NCBI GenBank assembly: GCA_050258655.1
Contig: JBLMZF010000106.1
Coordinates: forward strand, 2,669-66,668
Direction of reading: 5' to 3'
Source: Deltaproteobacteria bacterium
GTDB taxonomy: Bacteria; Omnitrophota; Gorgyraeia; Gygaellales; Profunditerraquicolaceae
Length of the DNA: 64,000 nucleotides
Shown in pieces: positions 11,405 to 20,863 of this stretch. A program made the translations under genes and the position numbers. The notes beneath the pieces were generated by a model. The model was not told the origin of the DNA and ran no database searches. It saw only the letters and a program-made list of their open reading frames with translations. The stretch's first letter is position 1; each line of letters opens with the position of its first letter.

Positions 11405-13012
11405 TTATATCTCTTCTGGGACGGCGGTCTTTCTGGCCATCCATTCCCATATCCTGGCTACCGGCCCCACGCGCAGAGCGATACAGAACACCGCGTAGGA
11501 GGCCGCTCCCGCGCAGACCGGCACGATGATGCTCAGGGCACGTCCGGAGATCCCCGGCCCGAAGCCGCGCCCCAGCGCGAGCAGGCAGACGGCTCCCATC
11601 CCGGCGCTGGCAGCGATGACCTTGGTGATATACTCGGCCATGCCTGCCAGGTCGACGCCTCCTATCCTGCTCTTGAGGGCCTGGAGCGATACCGCGAAGG
11701 TGACGATGCCTGAGATCGATGTCGCCAGAGCGAGTCCCCCGATCTTAAGCGGGTATATCAGCAGCGCGTTGAAGACGATGTTGAGCACCAGCGTCAGGAC
11801 CGAGATCTTCGTCGGAGTAACCGTATCCTTGATCGCGAAAAAGGCGCAGTTGACGACCTTGGTGGCGCCGTAGGCGAAGAGCCCGATGCTGTAGAAAAAG
11901 AGCGCGCTGGCGGTCATATCGACCGCGTAGGCATCGAACTTCCCTCCCCTGAACAAAGCGGAGATCATCGGCTTCGAGAGCACCATGAAGGCGACCGAAG
12001 CCGGTATCATCACGAACAGCACCGACCTCAGCCCGAACCCTACTGTCTTGCGCAGCTTCGACCTGTCCTCTTCGATCGCCTGTGTGGACATGACCGGCAG
12101 GATCGCCTGCGAAAGCGAGTTGCTGAAGATGCCCAGCGGGAACTGGATCAGGCGGTACGAGAAATAGAGCGCGGCGACACCGCCGGTACCGACGATGAAG
12201 ACCAGCGAACCGAAGATCGTGTCCACGAAATTGTTGAGCTGGTAGATCGCGGTGCTGAACAGGCGCGGGGTCAACAGGCGCAAGATGCGTTTCAGGTCGG
12301 GATGGCCGAACCCCTTGAGCGAAAAACGGAACCGGTACCCTTTGGAATACAGCACCGGCACCTGGACGGCCAGCTGAAGCACGCCGCCGATCAGCACGCC
12401 CGAGGCAAGGCCCTTTATGCCTTCTCCCCAGACCAGGGCGCAGACGATGATCGCGATGTTAAGCAGGCAGGGGGCGAACGCGGGCACCGCGAAATGGCGC
12501 AGAGAGTTCAGCACGCCCATGAAGTAAGCGGTCAGCCCGATCAGCAGGATGTACGGGAAGATGAGCCGGTTGAGCTTTACCGTGGTCAGGAACTGCTGGG
12601 CGTCCGCGCTGAAACCGGGGGCGACCAGGCGCACCAGGACCGGCGAGAGCAGTATGCCCAGAAGCGTGATGGCCGACAGCACGACCAGGATAAAGTTCAT
12701 CCCGGCGTTGACCAGCTCCCAGAATTCCTCTTTCCGGCCCCGGCCCGTATACTCGCTGAATACGGGGACGAACGCGGCGTTCGAGGCCCCTTCCCCGATC
12801 ATGTCCCTGAAAAGGTTGGGGATCTTGAAGGCGATAACGAACGCCTGGGCGTAGACATAGACGCCGAAAAGCCGGGCGATGACTATGTCCCTGACGAAGC
12901 CCAGCAGGCGCGAGCAGAGGGTCGCAAGGCCGATCACTCCCGCCGACTTTGCCACCTGCCTGTGCCCGCCGCCCCCCTGCCGGGGGACGTTGCCGGATTT
13001 ATCTATTGACAT
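11405..13012 (-). CDS. murJ: lipid II flippase MurJ (MviN)
   Basis: 535 aa polytopic protein. N-terminal signature LGFVRDIVIARLFGVYVYAQAFVIAFKIPNLFRDMIGEGASNAAFVPVFSEY. Confidence 0.9.
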   Translation of the reverse strand: MSIDKSGNVPRQGGGGHRQVAKSAGVIGLATLCSRLLGFVRDIVIARLFGVYVYAQAFVIAFKIPNLFRDMIGEGASNAAFVPVFSEYTGRGRKEEFWELVNAGMNFILVVLSAITLLGILLSPVLVRLVAPGFSADAQQFLTTVKLNRLIFPYILLIGLTAYFMGVLNSLRHFAVPAFAPCLLNIAIIVCALVWGEGIKGLASGVLIGGVLQLAVQVPVLYSKGYRFRFSLKGFGHPDLKRILRLLTPRLFSTAIYQLNNFVDTIFGSLVFIVGTGGVAALYFSYRLIQFPLGIFSNSLSQAILPVMSTQAIEEDRSKLRKTVGFGLRSVLFVMIPASVAFMVLSKPMISALFRGGKFDAYAVDMTASALFFYSIGLFAYGATKVVNCAFFAIKDTVTPTKISVLTLVLNIVFNALLIYPLKIGGLALATSISGIVTFAVSLQALKSRIGGVDLAGMAEYITKVIAASAGMGAVCLLALGRGFGPGISGRALSIIVPVCAGAASYAVFCIALRVGPVARIWEWMARKTAVPEEI

Positions 13013-13084
13013 GGTTTTTAGATGATGCTATAAATAAATGGAATTACACGAGTTTTTCTACACACCATTCAAGGAGCCACTACA

Positions 13085-13348
13085 ATGCCTAAACGTAAAG
13101 CAGCAGTCAAACAAGAGCGCAAGGACAGGAAACGCCACGCGCATAACCTCAAGATAAAGACCGAGCTCAAGAAAGCCGTCAAGAAGTTCCAGCAGCTCAT
13201 TGTCGCCAAGAACGCCGCTGAAGCGAAGACCGTTCTGACCAAGGTCTTCTCCCTGCTCGACAAGGCCGCCAAGAAGAACGTGATCCACAAGAACAAGGCC
13301 AGCCGCGACAAGAGCAGGTTCTCAAGCAGGCTTGCGAAGGCTGCATAA
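13085..13348 (+). CDS. rpsT: 30S ribosomal protein S20
   Basis: 87 aa, MPKRKAAVKQERKDRKRHAHNLKIKTELKKAVKKF… is typical S20. SD aaggag 6 nt upstream. Confidence 0.95.
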   Translation: MPKRKAAVKQERKDRKRHAHNLKIKTELKKAVKKFQQLIVAKNAAEAKTVLTKVFSLLDKAAKKNVIHKNKASRDKSRFSSRLAKAA

Positions 13349-13966
13349 ACCGATTATCAGACGTTCCAAGACGAGGGCAGGCTTAAGCCTGCCCGTCTTG
13401 ATTTCCAGGTCACTCTTAAGCAGCAGCCCCATCCTCCGCTCCAGTTCCCGCGGATCGGCCACCCGCTTTTCCCAGGAAGCCCTTAAGCCCCCCAGCAGGC
13501 GTTCCGGCTTTTCACCTTCAAAAAGAAGCCTGTTCAGTATGGCCAGGCTTTCGCGGGCATCCCGCGCCTCTATCGTCCTGGCCAGGTCGAACACCGTCAG
13601 CTGCCTTTCCTCCCGGAAATAGCTTGTCCGGCAGCATTTCTTCAGCCCCTCCAGGAAACTGTCTTTGGGCAGGTTGCGCTCCACTTCGAGGACCAGCACC
13701 AGCCGTTCAGGAGGCGTGCGCACGAACGAGCCGAGGAAAGCCTTTGCGTCCTCCTTGAGCTCGTGGGCGTTCCTGATCACCACCATCCTGTTGCCCTGGC
13801 CGGCGGGGAAGAAAAGGAGAAGTTCCTGGAGTTTTTTGAGGCTGGTGTCCTTGCCGTAGACGGTGTCAAGATCGAACGCGGAGGACCGGGGAAGGGATTC
13901 TTTCTTGAGCTTATCCAGCGCTGCGTCGCGCGACGCGCTGTCTTGGCCGATGAACAGGTACACCAT
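13322..13966 (-). CDS. holA: DNA polymerase III delta subunit-like (short)
   Basis: MVYLFIGQDSASRDAALDKLKK… N-terminus is typical of HolA. Conserved lptE-holA adjacency. Only 214 aa. The 3' end overlaps rpsT convergently by 27 nt. Confidence 0.55.
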   Translation of the reverse strand: MVYLFIGQDSASRDAALDKLKKESLPRSSAFDLDTVYGKDTSLKKLQELLLFFPAGQGNRMVVIRNAHELKEDAKAFLGSFVRTPPERLVLVLEVERNLPKDSFLEGLKKCCRTSYFREERQLTVFDLARTIEARDARESLAILNRLLFEGEKPERLLGGLRASWEKRVADPRELERRMGLLLKSDLEIKTGRLKPALVLERLIIGLCSLRKPA

Positions 13967-13981
13967 AGGCGGGGATGTGCG

Positions 13982-14524
13982 CTACCACTGTTCGACTGTC
14001 CGCTCGACGATTCGGCGGCTCAGGTCGTCGATGGCGTTGCTGATGGTCGTGGATTCCTGTCCGGCCGAGGGACCCGTGACGAAATATGTGGCGTACCCGG
14101 TATAGCTGGGTTCGTCCCAGATGGTGGTCCCCTTGGCGGCGTCGACCAGTTTGATATGCACGACCACGTTGACGCGGTATTCCTGCACGTTGTTGCCGGC
14201 ATCGTACCGCAGCGGGTCCTTGCGGAAATCAACCAGCTCTCCGGTAAGCAGCAGGTCGGCGGCGTCCTTGTCCTCCACCGGCTTGAGATTCCCGTCGATC
14301 AGGTATCTGCGCATCACGGTATTGGTGACATCGGTCTCGATCAGAGGACGGTAGGTGCGGTAATTGAACCCGTTGTCAGATTCGCGGGTGATATCGATCT
14401 TGTTCTGGAAAGGCGTGATGTAGATGGTATGATATTTCCCGGCGATCATCGAGCGGGTGGTGTAACCGCATCCCGATGAGAAGAATGCCAGCACCGCGAA
14501 TATCGAAAGGAGTATGGGTCTCAC
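13982..14524 (-). CDS. lptE: LPS-assembly lipoprotein LptE-like
   Basis: Signal peptide with lipobox FFSSGC. About 180 aa, beta-rich. Position immediately upstream of holA is as in the E. coli leuS-lptE-holA arrangement. Confidence 0.65.
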   Translation of the reverse strand: MRPILLSIFAVLAFFSSGCGYTTRSMIAGKYHTIYITPFQNKIDITRESDNGFNYRTYRPLIETDVTNTVMRRYLIDGNLKPVEDKDAADLLLTGELVDFRKDPLRYDAGNNVQEYRVNVVVHIKLVDAAKGTTIWDEPSYTGYATYFVTGPSAGQESTTISNAIDDLSRRIVERTVEQW

Positions 14525-15465
14525 TTCTTCTTCCCGTCCATTATGCGCAGGCGCTCCGCGGCCCTGGCCGCCCAGATGCTGTCCGGAACGTCCTTCATGA
14601 TGCCCTCGTAATAAAGCCTGGCCGGATCGGACTGCTTCTGCTTCTCGTAGAACCGCGCCGCGTTAAAGTCGCTTTCCGCCTCTTTGTCCTTGAGCCTGCC
14701 GATGTTCTTTTCGGCTTCTCTGGAAAGAGCGGCATCAGGATTGGACTTGACGAAATCCTCGAACTTCTCCTTGGCTTCCTTCGTGGCGCCCTGGTCGTAA
14801 TCCGACCCCTTGGAGAGCGCCGCCTTGGTCTCGGCGAGCTGGAACTTCGCCGGCTTGACCCATTCGCTTTCAGGATAATTGGAGACGACCTTGCCGAACG
14901 CGTCTTCCGCCTCGTTCAGGCGGCTCAAGCCCTTGAGCACCAGGCCGAGCCTGTACTGGGCCTTTGCGGCCAGAGGGCCGTAGGGGGCGTTGTCCACGAT
15001 CTTGCCGAATATCTCGATGGCCGGGTTCTCAACGGGAAGGGACATGCCCAGCGCCTTGCGCTTAGCCCCGTTCATGAACTCCTCCCCGATGGCGAATTCA
15101 CGCTCATTGATCTGGCCGATGCGCTCGGAGAAAGGATATTTCTCGACGACGACCTGATACGCCTTGTAGGCCTCGAACGGATTGCCGAGTTTCTCCTCGA
15201 CCTGGCCGAGGAAGAACTGGCTTTCCGCCGCCTCGGTGGACTTCGGGTAGGCCTTCAGGATCTTCCTGAACTCGCGCTTGGCGTCATCGTATTTGCCCGC
15301 GTCGAAAAGGGCCTTGGCTTCATTGAACTGCTCTTTAGGGCTGGATTTGACGCCATCCCTGGGGTTGACCCACTTGCCGGTCTTGGGAGTCCAGATCCAG
15401 TAAGGGTAAGCGGTGCCTGTGGAAAGGGCAAAAAAGACTATAAAGGGTATGAATATCTTTTTCAT
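14521..15465 (-). CDS. TPR-repeat periplasmic protein (BamD/YfiO-like candidate)
   Basis: Signal peptide MKKIFIPFIVFFALSTGTA followed by multiple TPR-like helical repeats (…AKALFDAGKYDDAKREFRKILKAYP…). The ORF-track N-terminal 65 aa extension was rejected; start set at MKKIF (15465). Confidence 0.55.
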   Translation of the reverse strand: MKKIFIPFIVFFALSTGTAYPYWIWTPKTGKWVNPRDGVKSSPKEQFNEAKALFDAGKYDDAKREFRKILKAYPKSTEAAESQFFLGQVEEKLGNPFEAYKAYQVVVEKYPFSERIGQINEREFAIGEEFMNGAKRKALGMSLPVENPAIEIFGKIVDNAPYGPLAAKAQYRLGLVLKGLSRLNEAEDAFGKVVSNYPESEWVKPAKFQLAETKAALSKGSDYDQGATKEAKEKFEDFVKSNPDAALSREAEKNIGRLKDKEAESDFNAARFYEKQKQSDPARLYYEGIMKDVPDSIWAARAAERLRIMDGKKK

Positions 15466-15499
15466 AATATGATTAAGGTACCATAGACCGGTAGGTTTG

Positions 15500-16891
15500 T
15501 CAACGGGCGGGAAGGGAAAAAAACCCGAGCCGAAAGCTTGCCAGATGGACAAGGACGGCGGTGGAATGATCGACGGTGACAGCGATGAGGCCGGCGCAGG
15601 CAGGCAGGGCCAGCTCGGCCAGCAGGAGACAGAAACCGCAGAGCGTGATGAAGCCGGCAAGCGGCACTACCAGCAGGTTCGTAAGTATTGCTCCAGGGGT
15701 AAAAATACGGAAATAATAGGCGATGAGACCGGAGGTCATCAGCCACGCCGAGAAGGAAACGAGCAGACCGTCCGCGATATACCGGAAAAGGCCGGCAAGA
15801 CGCTCTATCCCCAGTCCTGTCTTCAAATGAGGATAGACGACGATCAATCCGAACACGCTGACGTAGGAGAGCTGAAACCCTGCGTCGAACAAAAGACGCG
15901 GGTTTATCATCAGCATCACGCACAGCGACAGGGCGAAGGCGTTCTGTATATCCCCTTCCCTGTGAAAGAGATATGCGCCTGATAGAATGACTGCCATTAT
16001 CCCCGCCCGCACAACGGGCTCGGAAGCGCCGGTCAGCAGACAATAGGCGAAGATCCCCGGGACCAGGAAGAAAAAACGCAGGCGCCGGGGCACGCGCAAA
16101 AGGCGCAGAAGGATAAGCAGCACGAAAACCACAATGCCGACATTGAACCCGCTGACCACCAGGATATGGATCGTACCCGTCTCGATCATCGCTCTCGTGA
16201 TGAGCGGAGAGACATCATCCTTCTCGCCGAGAAGCATCGCCTGCATCATGGCCGCGCACTGAGGCGAGAGCCGGTCACTCAGGGTCAGCGACAGACGATG
16301 ACGGAGCTTAAGCAGCAGGGATCCGATCCGGCCGCTGTCTTTTTTGACGAGCTCGATCGACCAGGGACGGCATTCGAGGATTCGGGAAATGCCGTGACGT
16401 TCCAGGTGATCGGAGTAATTCCTCATCATGAACGGAAAAGCCGCTCGGCAGGAGATAAACTCTCCCGAGGAAAGGAGCTGGTCACCGCAGGAATAAGGAA
16501 CGTCGGCCTTGACGATGAGCAGAAGCTTACCGTGCGCCGGGCTCGCCTTCCTGCCAGCGGATATCTGGTCAACGTCGAGCAGCATCCGCGTCGAGCCGCG
16601 AACCCGTTCTGGTTCGCCTGCCACCGTCCCCAGTACCGTTATATGTGCCGGCCAGGGGCGGTCGGAGACCGCGGAGACGGAGCGGACCTGACAAGCCGAA
16701 GCCCAGCAGCAGCCTACGGAAAATGAAAGAAGCGGTAAAAGCGCCGCCGGGAAGGAACGGCCGCGGAGTAGCCAGGAGGCCGCTGAAAGCGCCGAGGCGC
16801 AGAAAAAGAGAACGACGAACGGAAGCCGGACATAAAACGCGAAACCGATCCCGGCGCAGAAAAATCCGGACAGGATAAGCAGCGGGCTCAT
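15500..16891 (-). CDS. comEC: ComEC/Rec2 DNA internalization channel (membrane domain only, no metallo-beta-lactamase domain)
   Basis: 463 aa polytopic. DUF4131-like N-terminus plus the ComEC competence domain (…HILVVSGFNVGIVVFVLL…GLIAYYF…). Confidence 0.8.
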   Translation of the reverse strand: MSPLLILSGFFCAGIGFAFYVRLPFVVLFFCASALSAASWLLRGRSFPAALLPLLSFSVGCCWASACQVRSVSAVSDRPWPAHITVLGTVAGEPERVRGSTRMLLDVDQISAGRKASPAHGKLLLIVKADVPYSCGDQLLSSGEFISCRAAFPFMMRNYSDHLERHGISRILECRPWSIELVKKDSGRIGSLLLKLRHRLSLTLSDRLSPQCAAMMQAMLLGEKDDVSPLITRAMIETGTIHILVVSGFNVGIVVFVLLILLRLLRVPRRLRFFFLVPGIFAYCLLTGASEPVVRAGIMAVILSGAYLFHREGDIQNAFALSLCVMLMINPRLLFDAGFQLSYVSVFGLIVVYPHLKTGLGIERLAGLFRYIADGLLVSFSAWLMTSGLIAYYFRIFTPGAILTNLLVVPLAGFITLCGFCLLLAELALPACAGLIAVTVDHSTAVLVHLASFRLGFFSLPAR

Positions 16892-16900
16892 ATCCTCGTC

Positions 16901-17227
16901 TTACCTGACGCAGACCCAATCTCTGACCCTGCCCACCAGCGATGACCGCATACCTTTGACTTTCGAAAGCTCGGCGACATCCGAGAACCCGTTGTTGTCC
17001 TCGCGATATTGGATGATCCTGCGCGCCAGTCCGTCCCCGATACCCGGGAGGCTTTTGAGAGCCTCCGTATCCGCTTTGTTCAGGTCGATCCTTCCCAGGT
17101 CGCGGAGGAATTCGCGCCTTTCCAGCGGCGGGATCATTTTCGCCGCGCACTCGATCGCCGCCCCCGCGCCGCTTACCGCCAGCAAAAACACCACCACCTG
17201 CCTCTCCTGCTTCGTCAGCTCAAGCAT
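16901..17227 (-). CDS. comEA: competence protein ComEA (HhH DNA-binding)
   Basis: TM anchor plus C-terminal helix-hairpin-helix pair: IDLNKADTEALKSLPGIGDGLARRIIQYREDNNGFSDVAELSKVKGM. Start taken at MLELTKQ (17227). The longer ORF-track start would run through the REP hairpin. Confidence 0.8.
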   Translation of the reverse strand: MLELTKQERQVVVFLLAVSGAGAAIECAAKMIPPLERREFLRDLGRIDLNKADTEALKSLPGIGDGLARRIIQYREDNNGFSDVAELSKVKGMRSSLVGRVRDWVCVR

Positions 17228-17256
17228 ATCGCCTCCCTTCCCCACCGCTTCGCGGT

Positions 17257-17285
17257 GCGCTTGCGTAGGTTCCAACCTACGCAAG
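17257..17285. repeat. REP-like hairpin, left copy (gcg-cttgcgtaggtt-cc-aacctacgcaag)
   Basis: 12-bp perfect stem with a 2-nt loop. Exact reverse complement of the right copy at 17978-18006, so the two are in inverted orientation flanking the RAYT gene. Confidence 0.85.
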
Positions 17286-17287
17286 TA

Positions 17288-17908
17288 TTATGGTTCTATA
17301 ACTAGATGTTTAATGGTTGCGAGTTCTCGTTGATAATCTATGCGCGAATTGACAAAATCAGCATATTTTTCTGAAGCAATATCGATAAACTCTTTAAATT
17401 CGCAGATTCCCGATTCTTCTCCCAGATATTCTTTAAACGAAGAATACTTCCACTCTTCAGGAGCATTAACCAGATAGGCCGTTACCGGATTAAGGTGGAT
17501 ATATCTGGTTAGATGAAGTAAATACTCCTCATTTTCAATCAGTTTTCTCTTAAACCTTCCTTCCCAAAGAGGACCTTTGCGCTTGACTCTCGCATTGAAA
17601 TAATGCGTGTAACCATTTAACACTTTGTTCATATAAAGTGAGATGCCATTCTCTTGCAATTGCTTTAATATTAGATGAATGTGCGTGCTCATCAGACAAA
17701 AAGCTATTATCTGCACAAGAGCGGATCGCGGTTGGCGGATCGGAGAAGTAATTGAATTTCTCGTTTTTGCATTAGGATCTTTGTAGAATTGGAGGGCCTC
17801 AAGCATTCGAATGTAATCTCTTTCTGAATTAAAGATTACATAGTCAGAAATGCTTTTGCTGTAAACATGATAGATACTACCTTCGACTAAGGGATCGTTC
17901 GCCATCAC
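17288..17908 (-). CDS. REP-associated tyrosine transposase (RAYT; IS200/IS605-like TnpA, Y1 HUH family)
   Basis: 206 aa. YHVYSKSISDYVIFNS beta-strand region, HUH motif HIHLIL, and a C-terminal Tyr-containing helix (RYIHLNPVTAYLV). The gene and its flanks are visibly AT-richer than their surroundings. Flanked by inverted REPs. Confidence 0.8.
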   Translation of the reverse strand: MMANDPLVEGSIYHVYSKSISDYVIFNSERDYIRMLEALQFYKDPNAKTRNSITSPIRQPRSALVQIIAFCLMSTHIHLILKQLQENGISLYMNKVLNGYTHYFNARVKRKGPLWEGRFKRKLIENEEYLLHLTRYIHLNPVTAYLVNAPEEWKYSSFKEYLGEESGICEFKEFIDIASEKYADFVNSRIDYQRELATIKHLVIEP

Positions 17909-17977
17909 CTAAATAGACAGCGAAAAATAGGAAGTCTAACAGCTTTTTTTAAGGATTTGGGGTTGAATTGGCTTATT

Positions 17978-18006
17978 GCGCTTGCGTAGGTTGGAACCTA
18001 CGCAAG
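17978..18006. repeat. REP-like hairpin, right copy (gcg-cttgcgtaggtt-gg-aacctacgcaag)
   Basis: Inverted partner of 17257-17285. Lies 16 nt downstream of the leuS stop. Confidence 0.85.
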
Positions 18007-18021
18007 CGGCGAAGCGGGGAA

Positions 18022-20439
18022 TTAGACGACGATGGTGACGAGTTTGCCGGGGATGACGATGAATTTCCTGATCTCTTTGCCGTCGAGCCAGGGCTTGGCT
18101 TTTTCGTCAGAAAGAACGGCGGCGCGGATCTCGGGCTCGCCCGCGGCCGCGGGGACTTCCACGCGCGAGCGGACTTTGCCGTTGATCTGGATCACGTAGG
18201 TGATAACGTTCTCGACCAGCATCGCCGGGTCATACTTCGGCCACGGCGCTTTGGCGATGTCGCCCTTATGGCAGGTCATCTCCCAGAGCTCCTCGCACAT
18301 GTGCGGCGTGATCGGCGAAAGCAGCTGAACGAGCGTCGATAAGATCTCGCGGTCAGCCCCGTACTGGTAGATGGCGTTGACGAACTCCATCATCGAGGCG
18401 ATGGCGGTGTTGAACTTGAAGTTCTCCAGGTCGTCGGTGACCTTCTTGACGGTCTTGTGCATCACCTTGAGCAGTGCCGGGTCGGACTTCTCTTTAAGGT
18501 TGTCCTGGATCCTCCAGACGCGGTTGAGGAACTTGAACGCGCCCTCGATACCGCGGTCATCCCACTCGAGCTCTGTCTCGGGCGGAGCGGCGAAGAGGAT
18601 GAACAGCCTCATGCTGTCGGCGCCGTATTTATCGATGATGGAATCGGGGTCGACGATGTTGCCCTTTGATTTAGACATGACCTCGCCGTCCTTGAGCACC
18701 ATGCCCTGCGTCAGCAGGCGCTTGAACGGCTCGTCGAAATCGACCATACCGAGGTCTTTGAAGAACTTGGTGAAGAAGCGCGAATAGAGAAGATGGAGGA
18801 TCGCGTGCTCGATGCCGCCGATATACTGATCGACCGGCATCCAGTACTTCGCTTCCTGCATGTCAAAAGGAGCCTGCGCGTCTTTCGGCGAACAATACCT
18901 GAGAAAATACCAGGAAGAGTCGAAGAACGTGGCCATGGTATCGGTCTCGCGCCGCGCCTTGCCGCCGCACTTCGGGCACTTCGTCTCGACGAATTCCTTG
19001 ACCTTGCCTAACGGGCTTCCGCCCTCTCCGGTGAAAGGCGCGTCCGCCGGCAGCTTGACCGGCAGTTCCTTGTACGGCACCGGCACGACCCCGCATTGAG
19101 GGCAGTAGACCATCGGGATGGGCGTGCCCCAGTATCTCTGACGGGAAATCAGCCAGTCGCGCAGGCGCCAATGGGTCTGGATCTTCCCGATCCCGGTCTT
19201 CTCCATCCACTCGGCGATCGCGGCCTTGGCCTTGACGTTGGGCATGCCGTCGAACTGCTTCGAATTCACCTCTTCGCCCTCGCCCTCGAACGCCTCGGTC
19301 ATCTCCGCCGCATCGAGCTTCGCGCCCTCAGGCTGGATGACCACGCGCATCGGCAGGCCGTGCTCTTTGGCGAACAGGAAATCACGCTGGTCATGGGTCG
19401 GGACGGCCATGATCGCCCCGGTCCCGTACTCCATCAGCACGTAATCGGCGGTCCAGATCGGCACCTCTTCCCCATTGACCGGGTTGACGGCATGCGCCCC
19501 GGTAAAAATACCTTCCTTCTTCACTCCTCCGGCACGGTCGACCTTGCTCTCTTCCGAGACGCGCTGGATGAAATCGGACACTTCCCTCTCGCGCGGCGTG
19601 CCTTTGACCAGCTCGGCGACAAGCGGATGCTCGGGAGCGAGAACGACATAGGTAGCTCCAAAGATAGTGTCCGGCCTGGTGGTAAATACCGGAATAACGC
19701 GGTCCGTACCCTTGAGCTTGAAATATATCTCCACACCCTGGCTCTTGCCGATCCAGTTGGTCTGCATCGCCACGACCCTCTCCGGCCACTGCGAAAGCTG
19801 GGAGAGATCATCCAGGAGGCGTTCCTTGTAATCAGTGATCTTCAGGTACCACTGCTCGAGCTCCTTCTGCTCGACCTGCGCGTGGCAGCGCCAGCAGCCG
19901 CCCTCGATGACCTCTTCATTGGCCAGCGTAGTCTGGCACGACGGGCACCAGTTGACCGACGATCCCTTCTTGTAGGCGAGACCGCGCTCGTACATCTTGA
20001 GGAATATCCACTGGTTCCAGGCGTAATAATCGGCGTCGCAGGTCGACACCTCGCGGTCCCAGTCGTAGGAGAAACCCATCTTCCTGAGCTCGACCTCCAT
20101 GTCGCGGATGCATTTATGTGTCCAGGCGTCAGGCTTGGTCTTGTTCTTGATCGCGGCGTTCTCGGCGGGCTGGCCGAACGCGTCGAAGCCCATCGGGTGC
20201 AAGACCTCGAAACCGCGGTTCCATTTATAGCGGCTGTAGACGTCGCCGATGGTGTAGTTGCGCACATGGCCCATGTGGATCTTGCCCGACGGGTACGGGA
20301 ACATCTCCAGGCAGTAGAACTTAGGGCGGGGGCCCACACCGGCACCTCCACTTGTGCCGGGTGGGACGGCCCTGAACGTTCCAAATTTCTGCCAGTGCGC
20401 ACGCCACTTCTCTTCTATCCGTTTGAAATCGTATTCCAT
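18022..20439 (-). CDS. leuS: leucine--tRNA ligase
   Basis: 805 aa. HIGH-type motif ([15 protein letters not shown]) and KMSKS (VMSKSKGN). CP1 editing domain present. Confidence 0.97.
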   Translation of the reverse strand: MEYDFKRIEEKWRAHWQKFGTFRAVPPGTSGGAGVGPRPKFYCLEMFPYPSGKIHMGHVRNYTIGDVYSRYKWNRGFEVLHPMGFDAFGQPAENAAIKNKTKPDAWTHKCIRDMEVELRKMGFSYDWDREVSTCDADYYAWNQWIFLKMYERGLAYKKGSSVNWCPSCQTTLANEEVIEGGCWRCHAQVEQKELEQWYLKITDYKERLLDDLSQLSQWPERVVAMQTNWIGKSQGVEIYFKLKGTDRVIPVFTTRPDTIFGATYVVLAPEHPLVAELVKGTPREREVSDFIQRVSEESKVDRAGGVKKEGIFTGAHAVNPVNGEEVPIWTADYVLMEYGTGAIMAVPTHDQRDFLFAKEHGLPMRVVIQPEGAKLDAAEMTEAFEGEGEEVNSKQFDGMPNVKAKAAIAEWMEKTGIGKIQTHWRLRDWLISRQRYWGTPIPMVYCPQCGVVPVPYKELPVKLPADAPFTGEGGSPLGKVKEFVETKCPKCGGKARRETDTMATFFDSSWYFLRYCSPKDAQAPFDMQEAKYWMPVDQYIGGIEHAILHLLYSRFFTKFFKDLGMVDFDEPFKRLLTQGMVLKDGEVMSKSKGNIVDPDSIIDKYGADSMRLFILFAAPPETELEWDDRGIEGAFKFLNRVWRIQDNLKEKSDPALLKVMHKTVKKVTDDLENFKFNTAIASMMEFVNAIYQYGADREILSTLVQLLSPITPHMCEELWEMTCHKGDIAKAPWPKYDPAMLVENVITYVIQINGKVRSRVEVPAAAGEPEIRAAVLSDEKAKPWLDGKEIRKFIVIPGKLVTIVV

Positions 20440-20441
20440 AT

Positions 20442-20840
20442 TTATGCTTTCATCCTCAGCGGCATAAGCGAGATCATCGTCTGTATGCCTTCAAGCACAT
20501 GCTCCATGCCGCACGGCTTGGTCAGGTAATGGTCAGCCTCGAGTTCATAGCACTTCTTCGTCGCTTCCAGCTCCTGCCGGGCGCTGACGATTATCACCGG
20601 CCGCCAGCGGTCGTTGTATTTCTCTCTGACGGTCTTAAGGACGTCGAATCCGTTGCATCCGGGAAGGTTGAGGTCCAGCAGGAGGATATCCGGGTTCTCG
20701 GAAGCCATCTTCGCGATCGCCTCCTCCCCGTCGACGGCTGTGACCACGCCGTACCCTTCGCGCATGAGCTTGCGCTGGAGCGCTTCTCTTACGTCCGGTT
20801 CGTCGTCGACCACCAGTATCTTATATGTCATGATCATCAA
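20442..20840 (-). CDS. single-domain response regulator (CheY-like receiver)
   Basis: 132 aa. [15 protein letters not shown]…[19 protein letters not shown]…TKPC.. Conserved Asp pocket and Lys. No output domain. Confidence 0.8.
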   Translation of the reverse strand: MMIMTYKILVVDDEPDVREALQRKLMREGYGVVTAVDGEEAIAKMASENPDILLLDLNLPGCNGFDVLKTVREKYNDRWRPVIIVSARQELEATKKCYELEADHYLTKPCGMEHVLEGIQTMISLMPLRMKA

Positions 20841-20863
20841 CCTACGAAGTTGAAAAGGTTAAC
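20837..20863. repeat. half-copy of the ttttcaact…agttgaaaa palindrome family (caacctacgaagttgaaaaggttaacc)
   Basis: 14/15 identity to one arm of the 10102-10137 palindrome, followed by the ggttaacc mini-palindrome. Sits between the nfo start and the response-regulator stop. Confidence 0.6.

Noticed and set aside
15466-15660. 65-aa N-terminal extension of the TPR/BamD-like ORF and the 37-aa extension of the EF-G-like ORF (61040-61156)
   Set aside because: Both are Pro/Ser/Trp-rich and non-homologous. Downstream Mets (MKKIF… and MEVKDKR…) give canonical N-termini with the expected signal peptide and G1 motif respectively.
16569-17150. 193-aa minus-strand ORF overlapping comEC and comEA in another frame
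   Set aside because: Arg/Gly/Pro-rich composition, entirely nested in supported genes. A high-GC frame artefact.
19096-20529. 477-aa plus-strand ORF antisense to leuS. Similar long antisense ORFs lie opposite secA (3207-5006), ligD (38964-39878), ArnT (33017-34903), the GDE gene (37233-38483), EF-G (59093-61162) and the giant protein (62779-63393).
   Set aside because: All lie entirely inside strongly supported minus-strand genes. They are Arg/Pro/Gly/Asp-rich as expected for antisense frames of high-GC coding DNA, and they have no recognisable motifs. These are classic stop-codon-poor shadow ORFs.
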